A stretch of 64,000 nt of DNA from a virus (taxonomy: Duplodnaviria; Caudoviricetes): IMG/VR virus record IMGVR_UViG_3300028888_001547, positions 42,599-106,598 of that record. One strand, given 5' to 3'. Below, piece by piece: positions 14,123 through 24,453 of the stretch; the stretch's first letter is position 1, and the number at the start of each line of letters is the position of its first letter. The notes under the pieces are model-generated. The model ran no database searches and was not told the DNA's origin. It saw nothing but the letters and a program-made list of their open reading frames with translations. Position numbers and translations under genes: made by a program.

Positions 14123-15666
14123 TATGCGAATTTAATTTTAAATTTAATATCTCCAGATAAGATGGGAGCGGCGCTACGATAGCAGAAATAACCATCTTTG
14201 ATCATATCATCAGTCATGTTTGTCATTGGAATTCTAAATCCAGATGACAGTTCTGCTACAATTTCATCGTCATCTTCTGTACCTTTGATATAATGAATCT
14301 TTCTTTGAGAAAATACCCACATATAATTGCCGCTCTTATTATTTGGAACAGAATATGTACCAGTAATTATCTTATATGTGCCTAAGAAATCATCATCAGA
14401 TGTAATGTTCTCAGGTTCAGACTCCGAACTAAATCCTATCTTAATAGTATCCATATATCTAACCGTGACCGTATACTATGCAGGCGCAACTTTTCCATCA
14501 ATGTCAGTTACTGTTATAGTAGCAGTAGCTTCAGCTCCGTCTATATCCTGTGCATACAAAGTACCATCTTTACCAACTTTTACAACGCTTTCGTCTGATG
14601 ATTCAAACTTCAATTCTGTGAAATGCCAATCCACTGGATTATAAAGAACGGTAGTACCATCTTTAAGTACTACAAAAATATTATAATCAGCTCCGAGAGA
14701 ATCGTATTCTCCAACGTGCATCACAGTATTACTAGCCATTGTATAATTTGAAGTGCCTGTATAGATGAGCGAGAACAAATCTTCTCTATCTCCAGTCGTA
14801 TCTGGATATATTGTAATAGCTCCGGACTCTCCGGTTTCATCATCTACAAGCTCAAATACATCTCCTTTATCAATAGTGTATGTGCGAAGATTGTGACGTC
14901 CCCAACCCTATTCAAATACAGTAAGAATAACTACAAGTTTATATGTACCACACAGTTTCTATTGAACTGCAGGGAAGAAACAAGTAAGCGTATTCTTCTC
15001 ATTTAATACTTGAGAGTCTGCAAGATAGTACGGAAGATACGGATCTGGATGCCTATGATCTTCGATAGTTCTTCCAAATATATCATACGGCTCTGGCTCC
15101 GGATGATGTGGTTCAGCACATGGCGGAAGTGGTGGATGATTTAAGCAATGCGGATCATGAATATGATCGTGCATAAAATGGTCATGATAAGGCCAATGTC
15201 CAAAATGGTCATGATGAAAATGATGATCGAAAGGCCACCACGGTTCAAATCCACAACATGACGGCTTTGGTCTAGGACCATGCTATATATGGCAACAATG
15301 ATCGTGAAAATGTTCTGGATGTAATCCAAATCCTCTATAACCAGGCCACCAGTGGAAATCGTGGAAATCTGGAGAGAATCTATCATAGTTACACATATTT
15401 GCAGGAAGCATGTGATAGCTTGGGAATCCCGCATTGTTGATATTGTGATGCGTCGGATGATAGAACTCCGGGAAACCTACTCTTAAGAATGGTTTGGGAT
15501 GGATTTCATCTTTTTTTGGTCTAAACCAAGATGTATTGATCAGATAACATCTAAGTTGTTTGACATTAGACTAATCAAATTCGTCGATCTTATCAAACCC
15601 TGCTTCTGTGTTGGGTTCGATTTTAAGTTTAAGTCTAATATCATTACCTATTCTAATCTTTCTCAT
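14122..15666 (-). CDS. Structural protein with His/Cys/Pro-rich region and Ig-like (Big_2-like) domain (~514 aa, TAG=Gln)
   Basis: ATG 15666 (MRKIRIGNDI) joins ORFs 14959..15174, 14476..14778 and 14122..14454; FESSDESVVKVGKDGTL..ATATITVT Ig-like motif. Confidence 0.7.
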
Positions 15667-15682
15667 ATTGCAATATGTTAAT

Positions 15683-15720
15683 AAAAAAAGGCCACAGATG
15701 GGCGTTGCCCACCCGTAGCC
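15683..15720 (-). terminator. Rho-independent terminator after the auxiliary capsid gene
   Basis: GGCTACGGGTGGGC-AAC-GCCCATCTGTGGCC hairpin followed by T7. Confidence 0.75.
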
Positions 15721-15742
15721 AGTTTTATGTGTTTTGTTTTAA

Positions 15743-16792
15743 TTAAGCAACAAAAGCGTCGAGAATATCCTTCAGGTCACCGAGCTGACCGGTGATTCCG
15801 TATACCTCGAGAGTCTGCTTTGTCTTACGCTGGATGTCATCAGCAGCGCGGTACATGTTCTCAAACTCGAGAGTAAGAGCATCGTACTGTGCACTGAGAT
15901 CGGTCTCCATAGCGGGCTTGATGATGGGCCAAGTGCCCTCGCCACGGTTCAGGATACCCAGGTAACCCATAGCCCAAGACTCGCGGTCACGAACCAGTTT
16001 AGCTGAAGCAGGATACTGCTTGCCGGGAACCTTATTGATAGTTACGCCTTTTGGGAAATGCTTGTTCAGTGACTCCCATCCGTCTGCAGCAGGATCGGTG
16101 TAATAAACATTAGCATTGAAACGAACTTTGTTAGCAGGGCTGATTGAATCTACGCTGTCGTCATCGTCATAAGGCATAGCGGTCAGAATAACCTTGTTTG
16201 CAACAGAAGTATCGGCAGATACACGAGCGCGCTTCCACTCTTTGTTAATAATGCTACCAATATTAGCAGCAATAGTAGCAGGAGTATCGCCAACTTCAGT
16301 TACATACTCGTAAGATTCTGTCCACTTGCGATAACGGTGAGGCATGTCCTTAAACGTCAGACGAACGACGATGCGCTTTCCACCATCAGCAAGCTTGTTC
16401 AGGAGCAGTACATCGAGATTAGTGAAGTCAATAGTAACCTCATCTTCAGTGTCTGCAGCATAAGTCAGAGCGTTAAAGCTCTTAATATCAGCAGCCTTAA
16501 TCTCGTTAGACCACTTAATAATCGGCTGGAAAACAGTGCTGCCGTCAGGACGATGGAGAGCCATGTTCTTCTTGGTTACGATACCAACCTTAATGGTGTT
16601 GATATTGCCTGCGTTAGCAGCAGTAACCTCGTACAGCTTGTTCTGAGCAACGTCAGGATCGCAGTTCATAATAATAAACTTGCCAGCGTCGGCAGAAGCA
16701 GTGTTCAAAGCGGCTGCGAATGCAGGAGCGGCATCAAGTACGGCACCAGTAGTAAGATTGCTAACAAGTACAGTGTTTACGTAATTTACCAT
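15743..16792 (-). CDS. Probable auxiliary capsid protein (349 aa, no TAG)
   Basis: Intact ORF with MCP-like codon usage; follows the ring genes and precedes a terminator as in crAss-like gene order. Confidence 0.6.
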   Translation of the reverse strand: MVNYVNTVLVSNLTTGAVLDAAPAFAAALNTASADAGKFIIMNCDPDVAQNKLYEVTAANAGNINTIKVGIVTKKNMALHRPDGSTVFQPIIKWSNEIKAADIKSFNALTYAADTEDEVTIDFTNLDVLLLNKLADGGKRIVVRLTFKDMPHRYRKWTESYEYVTEVGDTPATIAANIGSIINKEWKRARVSADTSVANKVILTAMPYDDDDSVDSISPANKVRFNANVYYTDPAADGWESLNKHFPKGVTINKVPGKQYPASAKLVRDRESWAMGYLGILNRGEGTWPIIKPAMETDLSAQYDALTLEFENMYRAADDIQRKTKQTLEVYGITGQLGDLKDILDAFVA

Positions 16793-16867
16793 AATTTAAA
16801 TTAATTTTTTCTACTCCCCCTATATTTCAATGTCTAGACCTAACTAGCTGGGGTTTCCACGTTAAAA

Positions 16868-17560
16868 TTATTCTTGAGTATTTACTTCATTTACAATAGT
16901 ACGGTATCTTGGGTCTGCTTGATTTTCTATATACATCTAAGCAGCCATTTTGATAATCTCGTACATCGTATGATCATCGAAATCCGTGTACTCATTTCGC
17001 GGATTATCGAGTGTTAATTCAGTAGGCTTCTTTAAGTAGCCTAAAGTATAGGATGAAATTGTATAATTCCCATCAGTAAGTAGATCACATCCACCTTCTT
17101 TTCTAATCCTAATAGGTCTTGCTTTATGATATTTGTAGTGAAAATCAGTAAGACTGTTATTTATTCTATACATGAAGCTATCCCTGGTACACTCGAATAC
17201 ACAAGTGTTCATAGGGTGTCCTCCTTCTATAGAATCAATCACCACATCCTCATTAAGAGCATAAAGAAAATCGCTAGGATAAGAAACAGAAAATCTAACG
17301 AAGCTTGGATTTTCACCCTGTTCTTGTTGTAGGTCGTTCCAAGTTTGTTCTTTGAAAAGTTTGATAAGATCTTCCCTACGTTTTTCAGTTTGTTCATAGC
17401 CTGTCTTATGTATGAAGTCGCCATTGGTTCTAAGCTTAATAAACTTAGCAATGGACTAGTTTAACCAAAACAAAGAATCTTCAGTAGCAGGCTTATTTGC
17501 AGCATCATCAAGCTTATTTATTTCACGCTCAAAGTTCGCGATTACTTCAATATTTGTCAT
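16868..17560 (-). CDS. Ring (neck) protein (~230 aa, TAG=Gln)
   Basis: ATG 17560, TAA 16868; GYEQTEKRREDL, YLKKP and EIIKMAA motifs; paralogous to its two upstream neighbours. Confidence 0.7.
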
Positions 17561-18252
17561 TCTTCAGCCTCCTATTTCTTTGGTTGTTGTTTTGGTTGTG
17601 TAGCGGTAAGGTGCCTTATATACAAATCAGTTGCACCTGCGACAAGATCATTAAAACATTCCATTGGTAATTCACACGCAGTATCAGTAAGTATACTAAA
17701 TTCCGCTGGTAGTTTTATATATGTAATATCTACATTATTTATTGTAGTATATTCATCATGGATTATTTTTATTTTACCTTGCTCAAGTACTGCAACAGGA
17801 TTTCTAAGTATCCTATGCTGATCGTACGCTTGATTAATTATGGAGTTTGCCTCAGGTTGCTTAACCAATACGTTTGACACTTTAGCGCTCAATACTGGGT
17901 TTTTATAATTACCAGTAATACTAGAGACAGAACGTACATATGCATAGTAGTTATTAGGTAGTGTAAATACTGTGTTCCTAACATCTGCTGAGCCGTCTGA
18001 CGCGCCATTTAGAAGCGTCTCGTGTGTTGTTAAGGTGCGTAAAAGATCTTCGATTAGAACGGCTGTACGTGAGCCAGAAGCCACGTTGTCATTCTATCTA
18101 TATAATTCATCTATATACTGTTTCTGAAATTGATTAAGAAACGCATATATATCTTCAGTATCAATCTTATTTTCAAGTTTAAACGTAGGCAGAATGGTTT
18201 GAAGCCTGCGCTCAACTTCTATACCAAGTTGTCTTGTTTCTTGTAATGTCAT
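17557..18252 (-). CDS. Ring (neck) protein (~231 aa, TAG=Gln)
   Basis: ATG 18252, TGA 17557 with ATGA coupling on both sides; LPNNYYAYV, YIKLP and CELP motifs. Confidence 0.7.
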
Positions 18253-18908
18253 GCTTCAAGTCCTCTTGTTTGTACCTTAGCAGTAAGTCTAGTAGACTCT
18301 ACATTTTCGAGAGCAAATATTACTGCAAGGGAGATTAATTCTTCTGCCATTGTATCATTCAACTCAAACGTACCATTAAACTCGTCTGTAAACTTAGATG
18401 GCTCTTTTACATAAGTAATCTGTAATTCCCCAGGAGTCGCATCATAATAATTATCATATAGTACAATAAGCGTATTGTTTTCTATATAACCAACAGCATC
18501 CTTTATCCAAGGACGGTTGACACGTGTTTGTTTAAACTTCTTCGCGATTTCATGGTTGACAAGATCTACTATAGCGTCTTTACCAGACAACTTTACAACA
18601 CTTGTTACATAATACAAGAAATCTGAAGGTAAGCTATATTGCATCGAATTATCAGCGAATCCTGATTGCGGGTTTGTATTCTAAGTAGATGTGACAACAA
18701 GGGGTTGTATGTCCGATATAGCTTTTGTATCTGCTTCAAACGGAGCTCTCCTCTAGTTGTTGCCAGTAACCTTCTGTGCTATCAAGGCAAGATAGGCTTT
18801 ATTAAGAATTGTAGCAATTTCGTAATTTGTAAGCGACGGATATGACGAAGTAACGTTGGCTTTGTCATATTCAATCATGAATTTTATTTTAATATCGTTG
18901 TGCGCCAT
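18249..18908 (-). CDS. Ring (neck) protein (~219 aa, TAG=Gln)
   Basis: ATG 18908 joins ORF 18249..18644; LPSDFLYYV, YVKEP and EELISLAV motifs. Confidence 0.7.
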
Positions 18909-18931
18909 ATCTCGTTGTATTGATCGTTAGA

Positions 18932-19684
18932 TCACTTATTTTCTACTTCGTTGATAATAGAAAGCCTCAAATCTTGGTTCTTCTTGTTGTCAAGATATGC
19001 GATAGCGTCAACAAGCGAATCAGCAAACATATCTGTACCATAGAAGTAATGTGTCTTATCTTTACGAATAACACCCTTTGCAATAGCATTCTCAAGAAGG
19101 AACTCTGTCTCTTTAGATTTGTTATTTACCCACTTATCAAAGAACTTCTTAGGATTCTTATCAACTTGATTAAACAGAGTAGACTCAACAAGTTCATTAG
19201 ACATACGATCTGCACTCATACCAAACAGTCTGAGACACTGACGCATCTGCTCAAGCGACAACTTATCGAATTCCTTAATAGCATCACGACGCATCTTATT
19301 CTGCTTATTCTGCTCAATTGCCTCAGCCTCACGGTTGATCAACAGATAGTCTTTACCAGCATCAAGCTTATCAAGCGACGTAGCGACACGTTTGTGACCG
19401 CTAAGGAACTTAATAATCATAGCCTGACGAGGAATAGAATCGTCGAGAATAAGTGTACGTGTACCAATCTTTACTGAGAATGTAGTCCAAAAGTCAGACG
19501 TCTTAGAGAGATGTCCATCTTCATAACCAAGAGCTTTCTCAAAATACTTCTCATCTTCTGGGGTGAGACCCGTATATATCGACCCGGAACGTGTATAATA
19601 TGGGGCAATGTAATCAAAACAATTCTTATACTTTACCAGCCCAATCCAGGGATTCTTCTTTTTAATCTTAAGTTCAACTACCAT
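18932..19684 (-). CDS. Conserved crAss-like protein following the MCP (gene 75-like)
   Basis: Intact 250-aa ORF directly after the MCP; IYTGLTPEDEKYFEKALG motif. Confidence 0.65.
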   Translation of the reverse strand: MVVELKIKKKNPWIGLVKYKNCFDYIAPYYTRSGSIYTGLTPEDEKYFEKALGYEDGHLSKTSDFWTTFSVKIGTRTLILDDSIPRQAMIIKFLSGHKRVATSLDKLDAGKDYLLINREAEAIEQNKQNKMRRDAIKEFDKLSLEQMRQCLRLFGMSADRMSNELVESTLFNQVDKNPKKFFDKWVNNKSKETEFLLENAIAKGVIRKDKTHYFYGTDMFADSLVDAIAYLDNKKNQDLRLSIINEVENK

Positions 19685-19714
19685 AATTTACATTAGTATG
19701 TTGAGTATCGAACA

Positions 19715-19732
19715 GGGGGTCTTTCGACCCCC
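19715..19732 (-). promoter_or_regulatory. GC-rich GNRA hairpin downstream of the MCP stop (mRNA stability/processing)
   Basis: GGGGGTC-GAAA-GACCCCC without a U-tract. Confidence 0.5.
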
Positions 19733-19761
19733 GTCGAATACTTATATTTTTGATATGTGCA

Positions 19762-21276
19762 TTAAATACCGCTATTAGCGATCTCAGTATCCTCTGCATC
19801 GCAGTACAGAATACCACAAGACAGCGGGTTACGTACGATGATACCAACCTCACCAAGGAAGTGAACCTGATAACCATCACGGCTATTAGAACGGAGTGTG
19901 TTAATGCTATTTGCGTAGCCATTAGGAGCTACAGAACCGCCAGTATACCACTGAACGAATTCACGACCCTTACGACAAACCTTAACGATGTTAGACTGAC
20001 CGTCGAAGTTGCTAATGTTAACAAACAGGAACGTGTAAGACATCAGAGGCTTACCAGTCAGCGGGTGAAGCTGACGGAACATTTCCATATTGTCGAACAT
20101 AGGACAACGCTTCAGAGACAGCGTAATACCATTAGTCATGTTGTAAGTAGTGAACTGACCACCGAGAGTCAGATTCTGACCACTACCAGTAACGAATACA
20201 TTATCGCACAGGTTGAAGCTAGCAACCTTCTCCTTCAGGATACGATCGAACTCACGAATACCCATCTCACCGGTCAGAGCAACGAACTTACGCTCGTTAG
20301 TACCGAGGATGTTGTAGCAGAGGTCGAACAGATAATCCTCAAACAGCTCAGCTGTCAGCTTGGTGTAGTAACGAATGTTAGCCGGGCTAATCTGCTCGAA
20401 CAGACCAGACATCGTGGGAACGGGACGACCGTTGGTACCCTTATTGATGTAAGTACCATCACTCAGACGGTTGCTCTTAGAGAAGAGCAGAGCGGTTTCC
20501 TCACGCTTCTTCCACTCACGCAGAGCCTTCCAGTACTGATAGTCAGACCACAGATAAGACTTCTTACCAGTCTCAGGATCAGTCAGAGCGATAGCAAGTA
20601 CGGTGCTGTAAGCATCACCAGTGATATCGTAGGTCAGACGGAGATTCTGCAGATGGTTGCGCATCTTAAACGGAGTCTGATAGTTGATGATATCAGCCTC
20701 GTCGCTGTACTCCTCGTAAGCAGAACCGATACGGCTTACCTGACGACCAGGAAGCAGGAGCTCACCAGGAATATAAGCGGCCTGTGAACCGTCAATTACA
20801 TAACACTCGTATACCCAGGTGCTACCATCCTGATAAGGAAGACCAGTAGTACGAACCTGGAAGTGGAAATCGTCGAAGCTAAGAACGGCACCAGGACCGA
20901 ACCAACGCTCCTCCAAACCGAGGTAGATAGGAGTGTTGCCAAGACCAGGAGTCATGGTGTTCTGGTTATAGTTAGCCAGAGATACCTCCTGACCATTCCA
21001 CTTAGCAAAACGAATATTAACAGCGTGATCGCTGTCAATCTGTACGGCCCACTCTACTTCGCGATTCTCAACAATCATGGTCTTACCCAGACCACCTGTG
21101 AGCAGATCGATAGTCGTAGAAATACCGTCATCTTTGGTACCAAATACCAGTGAAAGCAGACCAGAGATCTCATGAGGCTTGGTCAGCAATGCGTTTGAAA
21201 TCATGTTCTCATCAACCAAATCGCTGAAACGCTTTCCGCGATAAAGCTGAAGATTGTTAAGTAAAGTATTATTCAT
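19762..21276 (-). CDS. Major capsid protein (504 aa, no TAG)
   Basis: Size and motifs (GSAYEEYS, TYDITGDA, SGLFEQI, DGYQVHFLGEVGI.VRNP.SCG) of a crAss-like HK97-fold MCP; located between the scaffold-like gene and gene 75. Confidence 0.9.
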   Translation of the reverse strand: MNNTLLNNLQLYRGKRFSDLVDENMISNALLTKPHEISGLLSLVFGTKDDGISTTIDLLTGGLGKTMIVENREVEWAVQIDSDHAVNIRFAKWNGQEVSLANYNQNTMTPGLGNTPIYLGLEERWFGPGAVLSFDDFHFQVRTTGLPYQDGSTWVYECYVIDGSQAAYIPGELLLPGRQVSRIGSAYEEYSDEADIINYQTPFKMRNHLQNLRLTYDITGDAYSTVLAIALTDPETGKKSYLWSDYQYWKALREWKKREETALLFSKSNRLSDGTYINKGTNGRPVPTMSGLFEQISPANIRYYTKLTAELFEDYLFDLCYNILGTNERKFVALTGEMGIREFDRILKEKVASFNLCDNVFVTGSGQNLTLGGQFTTYNMTNGITLSLKRCPMFDNMEMFRQLHPLTGKPLMSYTFLFVNISNFDGQSNIVKVCRKGREFVQWYTGGSVAPNGYANSINTLRSNSRDGYQVHFLGEVGIIVRNPLSCGILYCDAEDTEIANSGI

Positions 21277-21297
21277 ATATATTTATAATTGTGTGCA

Positions 21298-22467
21298 TCA
21301 GAACATACCACCTATAAGGTCTGTTACTGATTTTGTTTTATCATCGGCATTATAAGTGCTATGATTCTTTGCACTATGCCTTAACATTTTCCTAAGTTTA
21401 TCAGCAGCGGATGTCTCTCCGGTATTCTTTGCACTAGAAATTAAAGAATCAGCTTTCATTGTGAAGTATGCAGATTCGATCAGATTCTTTGAAGGATTTT
21501 TATTGAAGTCTTTTGTATATTGTGACTGTCCATTCTGATCTACCTTGAAGATATAATCTAACAAAGTTTTGCGGTCTTCTTTAGGAATTGCAATACCGCG
21601 AATATTAGTAAGTTCATTAATACTCTTAGTTACTTCATTAAAGAACTGTCTTGATTGTTCTTCTTGCTGTTTTGCAAGCTCCTCTTGCTGACGCTAAGCT
21701 TCTTCTACTTCTTTTTTGCGAAGTTCTTTAAGTCTATCCAAAGCATCCTCAGATTCCTCATACAACATATCACTATCCTCGTAACGTGTTATCTTCTTGT
21801 TTATTTGTTCGTCAGTATAGCCATTGCGTTGCATGAGTTCACGTACAACTGCCTTTTGATTATTCTCATCTTCGAGATCAATGTTATCAAGAGTAATAGC
21901 CTCTTGCTGTCTACGATAGAAATCCTCAAACTTTCCTCCATTCTTTACGTACTCGTCGAGCGCCTGTATACGATCGTCCGCGTACTCAGGCTTGGAGTTC
22001 TCAGTAACAACAGCTTTCATATAATCTGTCAACTGATCTACTGTAAGAGGTCTATCTTTCTCATCGATCTCATCCATATTCCACCCAAGTGACTGTCCGA
22101 GAGCATCGAAGAAGAGGCCAACTTGTTCGGCCTCGATTACATCAGCTTCTGTAGGATCTTCATTATCTTCAGGATCCTCTACAGGAGGCTCTGCAGGAGG
22201 TGTGGGTGGTTCTTGGTTGTTGTTCACGGGAGGGACCGGAGTATCGTCCACGTGTGCATTTGGATCCTTTTCGTTTGGATCCGGTTCATTGCCGTCCTCA
22301 GGATTTTTCACTGGCGGCTCATCAAGTATCTTATCATCATCGACATCATCTGTAAACGGGTTAATATCGTCGAGGTTTGTTACGCCTCCGCCTTCTTCGG
22401 CGTTTGTATAGATATTACCAAGTAAGTTATCAAATTCTGTCGGAATTGTATTCTTTTTCTTTGCCAT
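21298..22467 (-). CDS. Acidic capsid scaffold-like protein (~389 aa, TAG=Gln)
   Basis: ORFs 21694..22467 and 21298..21564 joined by one TAG; D/E/P-rich N-terminus and coiled coil; immediately upstream of the MCP. Confidence 0.7.
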
Positions 22468-22510
22468 ATTATAATATGTAAGTTAATTTTTTACAGTTTA
22501 TTCTGTTATG

Positions 22511-23446
22511 TTAGTGTTTCCATTTACGAGCATTCAAAGCAAAGATTGCTCTCTTTCTCGTCAATGGGTTTTTGCTATGTGCTAATTCTTCTGTGGTTTT
22601 ACCAGTACGCTTCTTAGTAGCGTTAAACTTACCGCGGTTAGCAGGATTTATATGAATAGAAGATTTGCCGTCTTTATATTGTGGCATTGTTATCTACGGA
22701 ATTTGATATTCTGGCTCCCACTAAGAATCTTCTACCATCTATATTAAATCCGGAAAATTAATCCTGGGTTGTAACTTCAATATAGGTTTACCAGAGATAT
22801 ATGGGCTTACTGTAGTATCATAAGCAGGAATAGTGTGTTCAGCTGGAATAACCTGACGTACTGCTGTAGATACAGGTTGGTTTACTATTGGAGTAGGTTG
22901 TATAGTCTATACAGGTCTTAAGAACGGATCTGCTTTAAGGAGAGCTTGTTCTTCAAGTCTGCGCTTTCTTAAACCAGGATTTTTCTTATCGTGCATACCA
23001 GCATCAACTTGTCTGATAGCTTCTTCATAATTACCAGCATTCCAAGCTTTCATAAACTTAGTAGTAGGTTTAAAACCTGATGGATAATTATAGTAGTATG
23101 AACGTAATGCCGTTTTAGAACCTTCGCTAAGACTATCCCAGTTCTTCATTTTACTCAAGAACTTCTCCCTAGAAGCTACTTCTTGCTTAAGTCTACGGTC
23201 AGCTTCAGCTCTACTTATAGTACCTTTATCAACAAGAGAAGAATCAGTAAAACCATAGCCAATAGTAGGTATGCCATTACCATCCAAGTAAGTAGTATCC
23301 TTAAATCCTTCGTGCTTCTTTAAAAACTCCACGGTACTATCATACGAAGGTGTACCTTCAGCATATTTTGGAAGACCATTCTCATATGGCATCTTCCCTT
23401 CTTTGTAAAGTTTAAATCTTTGTCTAAATTCAGTTGGGTCTTGCAT
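22511..23446 (-). CDS. Lysozyme (GH24-like) domain protein with basic C-terminal module (~311 aa, TAG=Gln)
   Basis: HEGFKDTTYLDGNGIPTIGYG catalytic E-D-T motif and GLRKRR; read-through adds IHINPANRGKF..KRAIFALNARKWKH; TAA 22511. Confidence 0.8.
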
Positions 23447-23606
23447 ACGTCAGTCCTCCGTCTATTCTATTGCTAAGTAGATTAGCAACGACGTTGGTCA
23501 TGAAATCATCACCTCCGTCGTGCTAAACTAATCTTAGTATAAGTTTTAATAATTGATTGTTCTCTCTAGTAAGCTATAGAAGCTCTTGTTCTTCAGCATA
23601 CGTCAT
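23430..23606 (-). CDS. Small hypothetical protein (58 aa, TAG=Gln)
   Basis: ATG 23606 to TGA 23430 with two TAGs; fills the gap between neighbouring genes. Confidence 0.5.
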
Positions 23607-23607
23607 G

Positions 23608-24453
23608 TCACATACCTTTTTTTGGTCCGATTTTTATGGGTTTAAAATAAGTATCGAGATTGTTGTACATTGTATATATATCACGGAAAGCGTCCTCATA
23701 ATTATATGAACGCTGTATATTTTTTGGCAATTCTTGATTTGCATCATAATTATCCGTAACATATTTCCAAAAAGCAGGTTCGATTATTTTATGCGCAGTA
23801 TGTTCTAACGAGCCTGGTGTATCGTATCCGTCTTTATTGTTGATCACCATATCACCATTTGGACGGGAAAGAAACTATTTCATCCACTTCCAATTTCTTG
23901 GAGTATCTGTACCATAAACCTAATATGCATGCGATAATTCTGCGATAATATCTTCAGCAGCATACTCTGGATCTACATACATTGTATTAGTAATAGGTTT
24001 ATAATGCGCTCTGTTGTCACTATATTTTAATAAACCCGTTTTCTCTAACAAACGCAATGGTAACTAAGACATACGACTTATTGGCTTTATTGTCGGTTTG
24101 CCAGATTTATTATACAAATCCCACAACCTATTGACGTATGTACGCTAATCTAAAAGATAATCTTCAATAACATCAACATCCCCGGAATTTATACTTTCAT
24201 AAAACGCGTTACGTAATTCTTTATTGGGAATCATGTATTTTGCTTTATATACAGCATTGTCTTTTGGAGGTCTTATTACTACTTCCGGAAGAACGCCTGC
24301 ATAATAATACGAGTCATTTAAGTCACTCGCAGGACCAGATTCTGCCCACCGCATATCGTCTTCAGTAAAATTTTTTTCAGATCCCCTTAACTTTAAAAGC
24401 CTGTTATATCTATCTCCGTCATCGATGCGTTTTAATCTCTCTATCCTATTCAT
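23608..24453 (-). CDS. Hypothetical protein with degenerate zincin-like motif (~281 aa, TAG=Gln)
   Basis: ORFs 24145..24453 and 23608..23850 joined; RAHY..TNTMYV..DIIAELSHAY(Q). Confidence 0.6.

Noticed and set aside
19750-20787. 345-aa plus-strand ORF and other plus-strand ORFs across 1-47 kb
   Set aside because: Antisense shadows of the MCP and other minus-strand genes; no protein-like motifs
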